Shown here piece after piece: positions 11,638 to 21,714 of a stretch of DNA of 64,000 bases (the stretch's first letter is position 1; each line of letters starts with the position of its first letter). The notes below the pieces were generated by a model. It was not told where the DNA came from, ran no database searches, and saw only the letters and a list, made by a program, of their open reading frames with translations. The DNA comes from Arcobacteraceae bacterium (lineage in GTDB: Bacteria > Campylobacterota > Campylobacteria > Campylobacterales > Arcobacteraceae). The position numbers and the translations under genes are program-made. The stretch lies in NCBI GenBank assembly GCA_963662945.1, contig OY759974.1, positions 1,248,001 through 1,312,000 of the forward strand, read 5' to 3'.

Positions 11638-12342
11638 TTATTGAGGAACTATTGTTGTAAGATTTAACATTTTCCAGCTATACATACCGCCTCTGTACCA
11701 AAGTAATTTTTCTTTTGGATATCCTATTTTGAGTAGATTTTCAATTGCCCAAGTTGATTGTGGACACCAAACACCATTACAAAACAGTAATAAAGTTTTT
11801 GCATTTTTAAAATTATAAATACCTTCTTCATATTCTACCCCAGCTGTATCCATAACAATCTCAAAATCTTGATGTGTAGGAGAAAATGTTTTAAATGGTA
11901 AATTTACAGCCCCAGGAAGTGTACCTTTTAAATACCATGGTCTCATTCTTGCATCAACAAGCACTAAATTTTTATCTGTTTGTTGCTTTTTCATAAACTC
12001 AATAACTTCTAGTTCACCGTAAGTTTCAATCCCTTCAGAAATTTTAATTGGAGATATTTTTCCAATAGTAGTTATAAAAGTTTTTTTACAAGCGTCTGGT
12101 ACACTACTTGTTGCATAATTTCCACCCCAAACTACATCAGGATCAGCACCATTCACTTTTGATTTATCATTACATATTTTGTCATGATTTCTTTTGATAA
12201 CAGTTGATTTTGAAGTTCCATATTCATCCACATAATTTAAGGTAACTCCATCACCTTTTAACACTGAATCTATACCAAATACTAAATTTCCAAAAAACAG
12301 CGTTCCTACTAAACCAATTTTTACCATTTTACCTAACATCAT
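11638..12342 (-). CDS. Secreted rhodanese-like sulfurtransferase
   Basis: LVDARM, GTLPGAVNLP, FCNGVWCPQS, WYRGGM..W; signal peptide. Confidence 0.85.
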   Translation of the reverse strand: MMLGKMVKIGLVGTLFFGNLVFGIDSVLKGDGVTLNYVDEYGTSKSTVIKRNHDKICNDKSKVNGADPDVVWGGNYATSSVPDACKKTFITTIGKISPIKISEGIETYGELEVIEFMKKQQTDKNLVLVDARMRPWYLKGTLPGAVNLPFKTFSPTHQDFEIVMDTAGVEYEEGIYNFKNAKTLLLFCNGVWCPQSTWAIENLLKIGYPKEKLLWYRGGMYSWKMLNLTTIVPQ

Positions 12343-12472
12343 AAACTCCTTGTGTTATTGTAATACTATTAAATAAAATTATAATACTTTTTATTAAATA
12401 GCGACTTAAATTATATGACTGTAAGATTAATGAAAAATAACAACTTAAACTAAAAATAGATACAATTCCCCT

Positions 12473-13453
12473 ATGTATAAAAATGTTTTTGATAAAGAAT
12501 TAGCAACTGGTATAACTTACAATGGGTATATGTTTTATGGTCAATGTGACTATTTAGTAGAACAATACTCAAACAATATTGCATCAATTTTAGCCAATGG
12601 TGAAGATATTCAAAAAATATACTTTGATGAATATGACTTCAAAGAATGTAGTAATTTTTTATCACAATCATCTTTATTTAGTGCAACAAATATTTTACTT
12701 ATCAAAACAATCAAACCTATCCCGAAAAAAGACCTAGATGAACTTTTAAGTATTTGTATGACTAACTCTGACAGTAAAGTGATATTTTGTTGTATAGGTG
12801 AAGCTGATTTTAAAAATATGGCAAAAAGTTTTACAAAAAAAACAAATAGTGTTGAAGTACGCTTTTTCACGCCAACAGATAAAGAAGCAATACACATATT
12901 AAATGAAGAAGTTAAAAAGAAAAATCTTCAATGTGGATTTGGAGAGTTACAATATCTTTATACAATGCACCAAAAAGATTTGAGCCTTAGTGCCAATGAC
13001 TTAAACAAACTAGCAATTTTAAATCAACCAATTAGTGTTAATATTATCAACAACCAATGTTTTGGAATGGGTGCTGTTATTGTTGATGATTTTTTTAATA
13101 AACTTTTTAGTGGTGGGAATATCAATAGAGATTTATATATGCTTCTTGAAGAGGGTATGAATGAAATTTATCTTATAAATCAAACAACCTCTTTTATACA
13201 ACAACTTTTTAATATTAATAGTTATCTAAAACTTTATGGACAACTTGATATTTTAGAAATATGGGGATTTAAACTTCCTGCAAATATTGCAAATATTAGA
13301 GCTTCAATAGCTATGAAATACAAACAAGAACAATTTTTAGAGTTTTTAGAATATTTTTTACAACTAGAATTAGAGTTAAAAACAAAAACAAATTTAGATA
13401 TAAATAGTTACACTCAAGCTAGTTTTAGAAAATTTTCAGCAAGTTTAAGATAA
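12473..13453 (+). CDS. holA: DNA polymerase III delta subunit
   Basis: MFYGQC, LSQSSLF motifs; position upstream of rpsF is typical. Confidence 0.85.
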   Translation: MYKNVFDKELATGITYNGYMFYGQCDYLVEQYSNNIASILANGEDIQKIYFDEYDFKECSNFLSQSSLFSATNILLIKTIKPIPKKDLDELLSICMTNSDSKVIFCCIGEADFKNMAKSFTKKTNSVEVRFFTPTDKEAIHILNEEVKKKNLQCGFGELQYLYTMHQKDLSLSANDLNKLAILNQPISVNIINNQCFGMGAVIVDDFFNKLFSGGNINRDLYMLLEEGMNEIYLINQTTSFIQQLFNINSYLKLYGQLDILEIWGFKLPANIANIRASIAMKYKQEQFLEFLEYFLQLELELKTKTNLDINSYTQASFRKFSASLR

Positions 13454-13495
13454 AATCGCCCTCCAAAAGGGTTTTTATCTTCAAAAGAGATATTA

Positions 13496-13544
13496 TCCTT
13501 GACCTTACTGGATAATTTTATTATTCGGTTAATACCAAAAGGAG
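13496..13544 (+). promoter_or_regulatory. Putative S6:S18 ribosomal protein leader RNA
   Basis: TCCTT (13496-13500) pairs with the SD AAGGA; inner GACC/GGTT and GGATAAT/ATTATTC stems; unpaired ACC just 5' of the SD. Confidence 0.65.
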
Positions 13545-13552
13545 AAAATTAA

Positions 13553-13909
13553 ATGGCTAGAATTAGACATTACGAAACTATGTTTATAGTTAAAGCAACA
13601 CTAACTGAGGAAGAAATTCAAGCACAAATCGCTACAGTTAAAGAAAATATCGAAAAAAACGGTGGTGAAATAGTTGCTGTTGATGATATGGGAACAAGAC
13701 AGTTAGCATATGAAATTGAAAAACAAAAAAGAGGTTACTACTACGTAGTATATTTTAAAGCTCCAACTGAAGCTATCAAAGAATTAGAAAGAAATTATAG
13801 AGTTAATGAAAATATCATTAGATTTATCTTTATAAAATCTGAGAGTAAAACAGAAATCCAACATTGGACAAAACTGTCAACTGAAGCTGCAAAAAAAGTT
13901 GCAAAATAA
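13553..13909 (+). CDS. rpsF: 30S ribosomal protein S6
   Basis: [18 protein letters not shown]. Confidence 0.97.
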   Translation: MARIRHYETMFIVKATLTEEEIQAQIATVKENIEKNGGEIVAVDDMGTRQLAYEIEKQKRGYYYVVYFKAPTEAIKELERNYRVNENIIRFIFIKSESKTEIQHWTKLSTEAAKKVAK

Positions 13910-13937
13910 TTAAAGCCTAATTGCAAAGGGGTCTAAT

Positions 13938-14456
13938 ATGTACAATAAAGTGATTATGATAGGAAATCTTACGAGAGATATCGAACTGAAATACCTTCCA
14001 AGCGGAAGTGCTATAGCAAAAGGTGCCCTAGCGACTAGCCACAAATACAAAATGCAAACTGGTGAACAAAAAGAAGAAGTTTGTTTTATCGATTTTTCTG
14101 TATTTGGTAAAGGTGGAGAGATTCTTAATCAATATGTACGAAAAGGCTCAAAAGTTATGCTTGAGGGTAGATTAGTATTTGAACAATGGCAAGCACAAGA
14201 TGGTAGCAATAGAAGTAGACACACACTAAGAGTTGAAGAGTTTAAATTTTTAGACACTAAAAACGACTCTATGAGTGGTGGAAACTATAGTGCACCTCAG
14301 ATGCAACAGCCAAATGCTCAAATGCAACAACCACAACAACAGTATAATCAACCAATGCAAAACAACTATAATAATCAGCAATCTGGTGGTATGTATAACT
14401 CTTATGAGCAAAACATCCCAACAATAGATATAGACAACGACGAAATACCGTTTTAG
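13938..14456 (+). CDS. ssb: Single-stranded DNA-binding protein
   Basis: [14 protein letters not shown] fold, C-terminal DEIPF. Confidence 0.97.
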   Translation: MYNKVIMIGNLTRDIELKYLPSGSAIAKGALATSHKYKMQTGEQKEEVCFIDFSVFGKGGEILNQYVRKGSKVMLEGRLVFEQWQAQDGSNRSRHTLRVEEFKFLDTKNDSMSGGNYSAPQMQQPNAQMQQPQQQYNQPMQNNYNNQQSGGMYNSYEQNIPTIDIDNDEIPF

Positions 14457-14500
14457 CCTTTATCTTAAATGAAAAACAAAATATAATAAAAGGAAATATT

Positions 14501-14761
14501 ATGGCTGAAAGAAGAAAATTCGCAAAAAAATACTGTAAATACAGTGCAATGAAATTAGATTTTATTGATTATAAAGATGCAGATCTTTTAAAAATATCTA
14601 TGTCTGAAAGAGGAAAAATTATGCCTCGAAGACTTACTGGTACATCTAAAAGACACCAAGAGCAAGTTGAAAATGCTATCAAAAGAGCAAGACATATGGC
14701 ACTTGTACCATATATCGTAAATACTAGTGATTTAACAGATTCTGCTTATTCAAAAAGATAA
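14501..14761 (+). CDS. rpsR: 30S ribosomal protein S18
   Basis: [24 protein letters not shown]. Confidence 0.97.
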   Translation: MAERRKFAKKYCKYSAMKLDFIDYKDADLLKISMSERGKIMPRRLTGTSKRHQEQVENAIKRARHMALVPYIVNTSDLTDSAYSKR

Positions 14762-14784
14762 TCTTTAAGATAAACTAGATTTAT

Positions 14785-14822
14785 AAAAGGGGAGTTTCTT
14801 CATTGAAACTTCCCTTTTTTTT
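14785..14822 (+). terminator. Intrinsic terminator after rpsR
   Basis: GGGGAGTTTC-ttcatt-GAAACTTCCC followed by T8. Confidence 0.9.
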
Positions 14823-14956
14823 AGCCCCAAAATCAGTTTGGGTACATTCATCTTTAAATTCCTATTTCACAATATTACTTTTTCTTATTTAAGTAACTAT
14901 AAAGTAAAGCTTATTTATAGTTTAACTATAACTATTTTATTTATAAAGGCAATAAA

Positions 14957-15871
14957 ATGAAAAAACTAGCACTCCTACTTTTAACTTTTAGCACATTTAT
15001 GTTTGGCTACGATGTACATATCCTTTCTCAAGAAAATAAAGATGGCAAAGTAACTCCAAAAACAATTGAAGCGGAGTTTAAAAAAGCAGGCTTCTATATT
15101 TCTGATAATAAAGATATGAATACCCCTTTTATGCATCAGTTTAAAAATAAACATTACAAAACATATAACTTGTTGACACTCTATCCAGTAGATATAGTAA
15201 AAAATATTATACAGAGATATCCTAGTATTGGACTTTTTACACCACTAAGTATGGCAATTTTTACCCAAAAAGGGAGTGATAGAATTAATGTTTCATATTT
15301 AACAAGTGATGCCTTGTCAAAAATAACAAAGATTCCACAAAAAGAGTTAAAACCTCTTGAGATGGCTGTGCGAAAAGCATTAATGTATGCTCTTCCAAAG
15401 GGGGAGTATGAAGTATTGGAATATGAAATATCAAAAACAGATAAAACCCTTGTAACAAAAACACAATTAGAACTAGACAGTAAAAAGTGGGCAGAAGAGA
15501 TAGAAACTTTCATTGAAGAGCTTGAGAAAAAACTGGAGCTCGTTGGATTTGTGCAGGCATCTTATACAGATATAAATTATGACTTGAAAAAAAATAAAAA
15601 TAATCAATATGATTTTTTTGCTTCAGAATCAATATGTAAATTGCCTGTTATCTACTCAGTATCAAAGTTGCGTCCTGAAGCGGGAGCTTTTGCACCTTGT
15701 GCAATCTCAATCTATAAAAAGAAAAAAGAAAATACACTCTATATTGAATATCCAAATGTTTACAATTGGATATCTTCACTTTCCTTGGAGGATAAAGAAT
15801 CTATTGATATTTTATTAAAATCACAACAACAGTTAGATTCAATACTAAAAAAAATAAATGAAAAAAAATAA
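14957..15871 (+). CDS. Secreted tandem DUF302-like protein
   Basis: Signal peptide; two repeats ending IGLFTPLSMAIF and AGAFAPCAISIY. Confidence 0.7.
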   Translation: MKKLALLLLTFSTFMFGYDVHILSQENKDGKVTPKTIEAEFKKAGFYISDNKDMNTPFMHQFKNKHYKTYNLLTLYPVDIVKNIIQRYPSIGLFTPLSMAIFTQKGSDRINVSYLTSDALSKITKIPQKELKPLEMAVRKALMYALPKGEYEVLEYEISKTDKTLVTKTQLELDSKKWAEEIETFIEELEKKLELVGFVQASYTDINYDLKKNKNNQYDFFASESICKLPVIYSVSKLRPEAGAFAPCAISIYKKKKENTLYIEYPNVYNWISSLSLEDKESIDILLKSQQQLDSILKKINEKK

Positions 15872-15977
15872 AAATAGCGTAGAGGATACTAAATTTAGAG
15901 TTAGCTTAATCATTTTAATAGACATTATATAAAGATTTAGATATAATCGCGAAAATTTATATAAAAAGAAGACAAAA

Positions 15978-17792
15978 ATGAGAGAAATAAGAAACATCGC
16001 GGTTATAGCACACGTTGACCACGGTAAAACTACACTTGTAGATGAGCTTTTAAAACAATCAGGAACGTTTGGAGAAAGAGCTGAACTTGAAGATAGAATG
16101 ATGGATAGCAATGATATCGAAAAAGAAAGAGGTATCACAATTCTTGCTAAAAATACAGCAATTGACTATAAAGATGTAAGAATTAACATCATTGACACTC
16201 CGGGCCATGCTGACTTTGGTGGAGAAGTAGAACGAGTTTTAAAAATGGTTGACTGTGTACTTTTACTAGTTGATGCACAAGAAGGTGTTATGCCACAAAC
16301 TAAGTTTGTTGTTAAAAAAGCACTAGAAATTGGACATAGACCAATTGTTGTTGTAAATAAAATCGATAAACCAGCTGCAGAACCAGATAGAGTTGTTGAT
16401 GAAGTATTTGACCTATTTGACCAAATGGGTGCAACAGAAGAACAATTAGAATTCCCAGTTGTATATGCAGCTGCAAAAAATGGTATTTCTAAATTATCTT
16501 TAGAAGATGATAATGATAATATGATTCCTCTACTTGATATGATTTTAGAAGAAGTTCCAGCACCAACAGGAAGTGATGAGAATGGGCTTCAATTACAAGT
16601 ATTTACACTAGGTTATGATAACTTTATAGGTAAAATTGGTATTGCTAGAATTTTCAACGGTACTATTTCTATGGGTGAAACTGTTATGCTTGTTAAAGCA
16701 GATGGTGAAAAAGTAACTGGAAGAATTACTAAACTAATTGGTTTCAAAGGTTTAGAAAAAATGGATATTAAACAAGCTGGTCATGGAGATATTGTTGCTA
16801 TTGCTGGTTTTGAAACTGTTGATGTTGGAGATTCATTATGTGATCCTAAAAACCCAATGCCACTAGATCCATTACATATTGAAGAGCCAACTTTATCTGT
16901 AACATTTGCAGTAAATAACTCTCCACTTGCAGGAACAGAAGGAAAATTTGTAACAGCAAATAAAATCCAAGAAAGACTTGAAGCTGAAATGAACACTAAT
17001 ATTGCAATGCAATATGAAGGAAAAGGTGAAGGTGCATTTGAAGTAAGAGGAAGAGGTGAGCTACAAATCACAATTCTAGCTGAAAATATGAGAAGAGAAG
17101 GTTTTGAATTTTCTATTTCAAGACCAGAAGTTATTGTTAGAATTGTAGATGGTGTAAAAATGGAACCATTTGAACATCTAGTGTGTGATGTTCCTGATGA
17201 ATTTACAGGAACAGTTATCGAAACTCTTGGAAAAAGAAAAGCAGTAATGTCAAATATGGCTCCTATGGGTGATGGTCAAACAAGATTAGAGTTTGAAATC
17301 CCTGCACGAGGACTTATTGGATACAGAGGACAATTCCTTACAGATACAAAAGGTGAGGGTGTTATGAACCACTCATTCTTAGAATTTAGACCATATTCAG
17401 GAACTGTAACAAGTAGAATGAATGGAGCATTAGTATCAACAGAACTTGGAGAAGCGGTTGCTTACTCAATTTTTAACCTTCAAGATAGAGGGGTTATGTT
17501 TGTTTCTCCACAAGATAAAGTGTATGCTGGTATGGTTATTGGTGAGCACTCAAGAGCAAATGACCTTGATGTTAATCCAGTTAAAGCAAAACAACAATCT
17601 AACGTAAGATCTTCAGGAGCTGATGAAGCAATTAAAATTATTCCAGCAAGAGATATGTCATTAGAGCACGCTTTAGAATGGATTGAAGATGATGAACTTG
17701 TAGAAGTAACTCCTGTTACAATTAGAATAAGAAAAAGAGAATTAGACCCTTCAAAAAGAAGAAGAGCAGAAAAAATCAAAAAAGGTTTATAA
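15978..17792 (+). CDS. typA: Translational GTPase TypA/BipA
   Basis: [38 protein letters not shown]. Confidence 0.98.
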   Translation: MREIRNIAVIAHVDHGKTTLVDELLKQSGTFGERAELEDRMMDSNDIEKERGITILAKNTAIDYKDVRINIIDTPGHADFGGEVERVLKMVDCVLLLVDAQEGVMPQTKFVVKKALEIGHRPIVVVNKIDKPAAEPDRVVDEVFDLFDQMGATEEQLEFPVVYAAAKNGISKLSLEDDNDNMIPLLDMILEEVPAPTGSDENGLQLQVFTLGYDNFIGKIGIARIFNGTISMGETVMLVKADGEKVTGRITKLIGFKGLEKMDIKQAGHGDIVAIAGFETVDVGDSLCDPKNPMPLDPLHIEEPTLSVTFAVNNSPLAGTEGKFVTANKIQERLEAEMNTNIAMQYEGKGEGAFEVRGRGELQITILAENMRREGFEFSISRPEVIVRIVDGVKMEPFEHLVCDVPDEFTGTVIETLGKRKAVMSNMAPMGDGQTRLEFEIPARGLIGYRGQFLTDTKGEGVMNHSFLEFRPYSGTVTSRMNGALVSTELGEAVAYSIFNLQDRGVMFVSPQDKVYAGMVIGEHSRANDLDVNPVKAKQQSNVRSSGADEAIKIIPARDMSLEHALEWIEDDELVEVTPVTIRIRKRELDPSKRRRAEKIKKGL

Positions 17793-17793
17793 T

Positions 17794-18204
17794 ATAAAGT
17801 TTTCAATAAACTCTTTATGCCCTTGTGGTTCTGGCAACAAATATAAAAAATGTTGCCAGCCTTTTCACAAAGGGAAACTTCCCAAAACAGCACTTGAATT
17901 AATGAAATCTAGATACTGTGCATACGCACTTTCAAATGCAAAATATATTATAAATACTACACATAAAAATAATCCTGACTATACAAATGATACAGATAAA
18001 TGGTTAAAAGATATACAAGATTTTGTAACTGTTTGTGAATTCAGAAAACTAGAAATAATAGAGTTCAAAGCCCTTGAAAACAGTGCTTTTGTTACTTTTA
18101 GAGCAACCATATTTTGTAATAATGAAGATTGTAGTTTTACAGAGAAAAGTGAATTTATAAAAGAAAATTATAAATGGCTCTATTTAAGTGGCATCTTTTT
18201 ATGA
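17794..18204 (+). CDS. ychJ: YchJ-family SEC-C metal-binding protein (apparent ATA start)
   Basis: In-frame extension of ORF 17902 reads IKFSINSLCPCGSGNKYKKCCQPFH...ALELMKSRYCAY; C-terminal EKSEF...WLYLSG. Confidence 0.85.
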   Translation: MKFSINSLCPCGSGNKYKKCCQPFHKGKLPKTALELMKSRYCAYALSNAKYIINTTHKNNPDYTNDTDKWLKDIQDFVTVCEFRKLEIIEFKALENSAFVTFRATIFCNNEDCSFTEKSEFIKENYKWLYLSGIFL

Positions 18205-18247
18205 AACTTATTGTAAACTGTTGATACTTAATTAGAAAAGGAAAAAA

Positions 18248-18514
18248 ATGCAAATTTACGTTGGTAATATGAATTACAGAACTACAGAAGAGGATATCAA
18301 CAAACTATTTAGCCAATTTGGAGAAGTAGCATCAGTTAAACTGATCAGTGATAGAGAAACAGGAAGAGCTAAAGGATTTGGTTTCGTAACTATGAATGAT
18401 GATAGTGCGGCAAAAGAAGCTATTGAAGCATTAAATGAAAAAGAATTCGAAGGAAGATCTTTAAGAATTAATGAAGCTAAACCTAGAGAAGAAAGACCAA
18501 GAAGAGAATACTAA
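18248..18514 (+). CDS. RRM-domain RNA-binding protein
   Basis: RNP2 IYVGNM, RNP1 KGFGFVTM, DRETGR. Confidence 0.95.
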   Translation: MQIYVGNMNYRTTEEDINKLFSQFGEVASVKLISDRETGRAKGFGFVTMNDDSAAKEAIEALNEKEFEGRSLRINEAKPREERPRREY

Positions 18515-18530
18515 TCTTGTAAAACTTCCA

Positions 18531-18564
18531 AACCGTTTTAGTTTCCACTACAACGGTTCTTTTT
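18531..18564 (+). terminator. Probable intrinsic terminator after the RRM gene
   Basis: AACCGTT-T-TAGT-ttcc-ACTA-C-AACGGTT followed by CTTTTT. Confidence 0.6.
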
Positions 18565-18660
18565 CGTTCAACTCCCCTATTCAAAAAACCAAATTTGATT
18601 TGGTATTAAATAAAATTTAGATACAATAATAGCCATTATATTAAAATTAAGGTTCATACT

Positions 18661-19230
18661 GTGAGTTTAAAAGATAACATTGACTATGTAAAAAAAGAGA
18701 TTTCTACTGAAGAAAGTTTTATGGAAAGTTTTTTCAAAATTGAAAAATTCTATAAAAAATACAAATCAGCAATCATTGGGATAGTAGCTATAGCAGTTGT
18801 TGGAACAATTGGATACTACATATCAAACTATATAAATCTTCAAAATAAAATAGAAGCCAATAAAGCATTTAACCAACTATTAGAAGATCCAAACAATAAA
18901 GAAGCATTAGCAATATTAAAAGAAAAAAACAAAAAACTTTATGATATTACACTTTTTATGCAAGATTCTAGTGCTAATAATGAAGTTGAGTTTCTAAAAG
19001 AATTAAGTTCTTATTCTCAAGCAATTAAAGAACAAGATATAGATAAACTAACAACTGTAACTCAAAGTCAAAACTTTTTATTAAAAGATTTTGCACTTTT
19101 TAACAAAGCATTAATATTAGTTCAAAAACAACAATATAAAGAAGCAAAAGAAGCTATTAAACAAATACCTGAAAATTCAAATTTAAATGTATTAGTTAAA
19201 ATGCTTGAACATTACCTATTGACAAAATAA
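18661..19230 (+). CDS. Membrane-anchored TPR-like protein (YfgM-like)
   Basis: Single TM after KFYKKYK, helical periplasmic part; GTG start. Confidence 0.65.
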   Translation: MSLKDNIDYVKKEISTEESFMESFFKIEKFYKKYKSAIIGIVAIAVVGTIGYYISNYINLQNKIEANKAFNQLLEDPNNKEALAILKEKNKKLYDITLFMQDSSANNEVEFLKELSSYSQAIKEQDIDKLTTVTQSQNFLLKDFALFNKALILVQKQQYKEAKEAIKQIPENSNLNVLVKMLEHYLLTK

Positions 19231-19241
19231 AAAGGGCAATT

Positions 19242-20234
19242 ATGAAAAAATCAATTTTATTAGTATTAGTATCTTTTTTAGTAATACTATTTCAAGGGTG
19301 TAGTACTAAAAAATATTATGAACCAGAAGTTGTCTACGATAGTAATATTCCAGTATATGATTTAGGTTCTAAAATAGTAGATATCAATAGTGATGGTGCA
19401 ACTTTAGATGATGGAAAGTTTGTATCAAAAGAGGGACTATCAAGTGAATTTTTAGAAGAAGGTTATAAATTTCTAAATAAAAATCATGGTGTATTGCTTT
19501 CAACAAATTATGAAGCTTTTTTAGCAATAACAAAAGATGGACACACTGAAAAAATTCAATTTGATAAAAATATAATTTCTGCAACAATTGAAAATAATCT
19601 TGTAGCTATGAGTTTTATTGATAACTCAATCTCTTTATATGATATAAAAGAAAAGAAAGTACTTTTTAAAGAGTATTTTACTATTTCTATTTTAAATGAT
19701 ATACGAATAACAAATCCTATTTTTTTAACAAGTCTTATTCTTTTCCCTACACTTGATGGAAAAATAGTAATCGTTGATAAAAATAAAAAAACAATCTATA
19801 AAACTATTAATTTAGATCCACAAAATGATATACATAATATTATATATCTTAATGCAATTGGAAATACACTCGTTGCTGCAACACCAAACAAAATATTTAG
19901 TTTTGTAAATGGTAGAGTAAAAATTTTAGAGATGGATATAAAAAATGTTGCTGTAAATGATAAAAATATTTATGTGGCAACTCTTGATGGAAGAGTTATA
20001 AAATATGATGAAAAATTGAATGAACTAGATAGTAAAAAATTTAAATTTGCAAAGTTTCATGCTATGGTATTTGGAGATAATCTTTATATTTTAGAATCAC
20101 AAGGATATCTTATCCAAATAGATAAAGATTTTCAAAATGTATCTGTGATTGATTTCTCTTTTGATGAAAAAGAGAAAGTTGTTGCAGTTGATGACACAAT
20201 TTATTTTGAAGACAACTATATTACTTTAAAATAA
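19242..20234 (+). CDS. Beta-propeller lipoprotein (PQQ-like, BamB/PgbB-like)
   Basis: Lipobox FQGC; repeated blade motifs FPTLDGKI, YVATLDGRV, LESQGYL. Confidence 0.75.
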   Translation: MKKSILLVLVSFLVILFQGCSTKKYYEPEVVYDSNIPVYDLGSKIVDINSDGATLDDGKFVSKEGLSSEFLEEGYKFLNKNHGVLLSTNYEAFLAITKDGHTEKIQFDKNIISATIENNLVAMSFIDNSISLYDIKEKKVLFKEYFTISILNDIRITNPIFLTSLILFPTLDGKIVIVDKNKKTIYKTINLDPQNDIHNIIYLNAIGNTLVAATPNKIFSFVNGRVKILEMDIKNVAVNDKNIYVATLDGRVIKYDEKLNELDSKKFKFAKFHAMVFGDNLYILESQGYLIQIDKDFQNVSVIDFSFDEKEKVVAVDDTIYFEDNYITLK

Positions 20235-21070
20235 TGACTGATATTATAGTTGCTTTCAAAGAGCATTTAACTATAATAAAATCATTATCAACTCATACTG
20301 TTAATGCATATGTCAGTGATGTAGAAGATTTTGAAGATTTTTTACATCAACAAAAAATAGAACTTATAAACTCAACAAGTGAAGAGCTTATAAGTTATCT
20401 TAAAACAATAGATAATCCACGAACACAAAATAGACGTTTAAGCAGTATCAATAGTTTTTATAACTTTTGTAATCAATCTTTCGATACAAAGGAAACACCT
20501 AAAGCATCTTTTGCAAAATTACCTAAAACACTCCCTAAATATTTGTCAAATGAAGAAATTATGACAAATTTACAACTTATAGATAAAACAAAAGAACTAG
20601 GTCTTCGAGATTTTGCAATGATACTTTTTTTATATGCTACTGGTGTAAGAGTAAGTGAACTTATACAAATTAAAAAAAATGATATAGAAGATACACTTAT
20701 TAAAATTCTCTATGCAAAAGGTTCAAAACAAAGAGTTGTTCCTATAGCAAAAGTAGCTTTAAATGCCTTATATGAATATCTAAATACAAGAAAAATAAAA
20801 AGTAATTATCTCTTTATAAATTACAAAGGTGAACCAATAAGTAGAATATCTGTATATAAAATTACTAAAAAATATTTTAATGTATCTCCCCATGTTTTCA
20901 GACACTCTTATGCTACAAGTTTAATTTTAGGAGGGGCTGATTTAATGGTAGTTAGTGAACTTTTAGGACATACAAATATAGAAACAACACAAATATATAC
21001 ACACATTCAACAGCAACATCTTAATGAAACAATAAAACAATTCCATCCTCTCAATAGGAGAAGTGCATGA
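20234..21070 (+). CDS. xerD: XerC/XerD-family tyrosine recombinase
   Basis: LPKYLS, LRD...LYATGVRVSEL, KGSKQRVVP, PHVFRHSYAT, LLGH, TTQIYTH. Confidence 0.85.
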   Translation: MTDIIVAFKEHLTIIKSLSTHTVNAYVSDVEDFEDFLHQQKIELINSTSEELISYLKTIDNPRTQNRRLSSINSFYNFCNQSFDTKETPKASFAKLPKTLPKYLSNEEIMTNLQLIDKTKELGLRDFAMILFLYATGVRVSELIQIKKNDIEDTLIKILYAKGSKQRVVPIAKVALNALYEYLNTRKIKSNYLFINYKGEPISRISVYKITKKYFNVSPHVFRHSYATSLILGGADLMVVSELLGHTNIETTQIYTHIQQQHLNETIKQFHPLNRRSA

Positions 21071-21714
21071 TACTTTGTGATATAGGAAATACCACTTTTC
21101 ACTTTAAAATGAAAAATAAAGATTTTAAAATAGGTGTTAATGAACCATTGGTCAAAATTAAAAAAGTAAAAGAACAAATATACTTTTTAAGTGTTAATAA
21201 AAAAGCAACAAAAAAGCTTTTAAAAAACTTTCCAAGTGCTATTGATATATCTTGTTATATAAATTTTGAAACTACCTACAAAGGGATGGGTGTAGATAGG
21301 CAAATAATCTGTAAATATAAAGAAAATGGTATTTTAGTAGATGTTGGAAGTGCAATTACAGTTGATATTATGAAAAAAGGGGAACATTTAGGAGGATTTA
21401 TACTCCCAGGAATTGGTGCATATAAAAGAATTTATCCAAATATCTCAAAAAAACTATCCTTTAAATTTGATACTGATATAAATTTAGATAAAATTCCACT
21501 TATAACAAATGATGCAATCAATTATTCAATTTTAAATTCAATAATTGCACCCATTAAAAATATTTACAAAAAATATAAGACACCAATTTATTTTACTGGT
21601 GAAGATAGTAAACTATTACTCTCGTATTTTGATAACATACCGCATAAATATAAAAAGAATTTAATATTTAATAGTATGAAAAAAGTAATAGATAAGAATA
21701 TAAAAGGAAAATAG
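21067..21714 (+). CDS. coaX: Type III pantothenate kinase
   Basis: CDIGNT, GVDR, VDVGSAITVD, GGFILPG. Confidence 0.93.
   Translation: MILCDIGNTTFHFKMKNKDFKIGVNEPLVKIKKVKEQIYFLSVNKKATKKLLKNFPSAIDISCYINFETTYKGMGVDRQIICKYKENGILVDVGSAITVDIMKKGEHLGGFILPGIGAYKRIYPNISKKLSFKFDTDINLDKIPLITNDAINYSILNSIIAPIKNIYKKYKTPIYFTGEDSKLLLSYFDNIPHKYKKNLIFNSMKKVIDKNIKGK

Noticed and set aside
14290-14400. CAA-rich low-complexity stretch
   Set aside because: Normal Gln/Asn-rich disordered linker of SSB
20234-21070. Tyrosine recombinase as a prophage or island integrase
   Set aside because: Overlaps housekeeping neighbours on both sides; no tRNA, att repeats or mobile cargo
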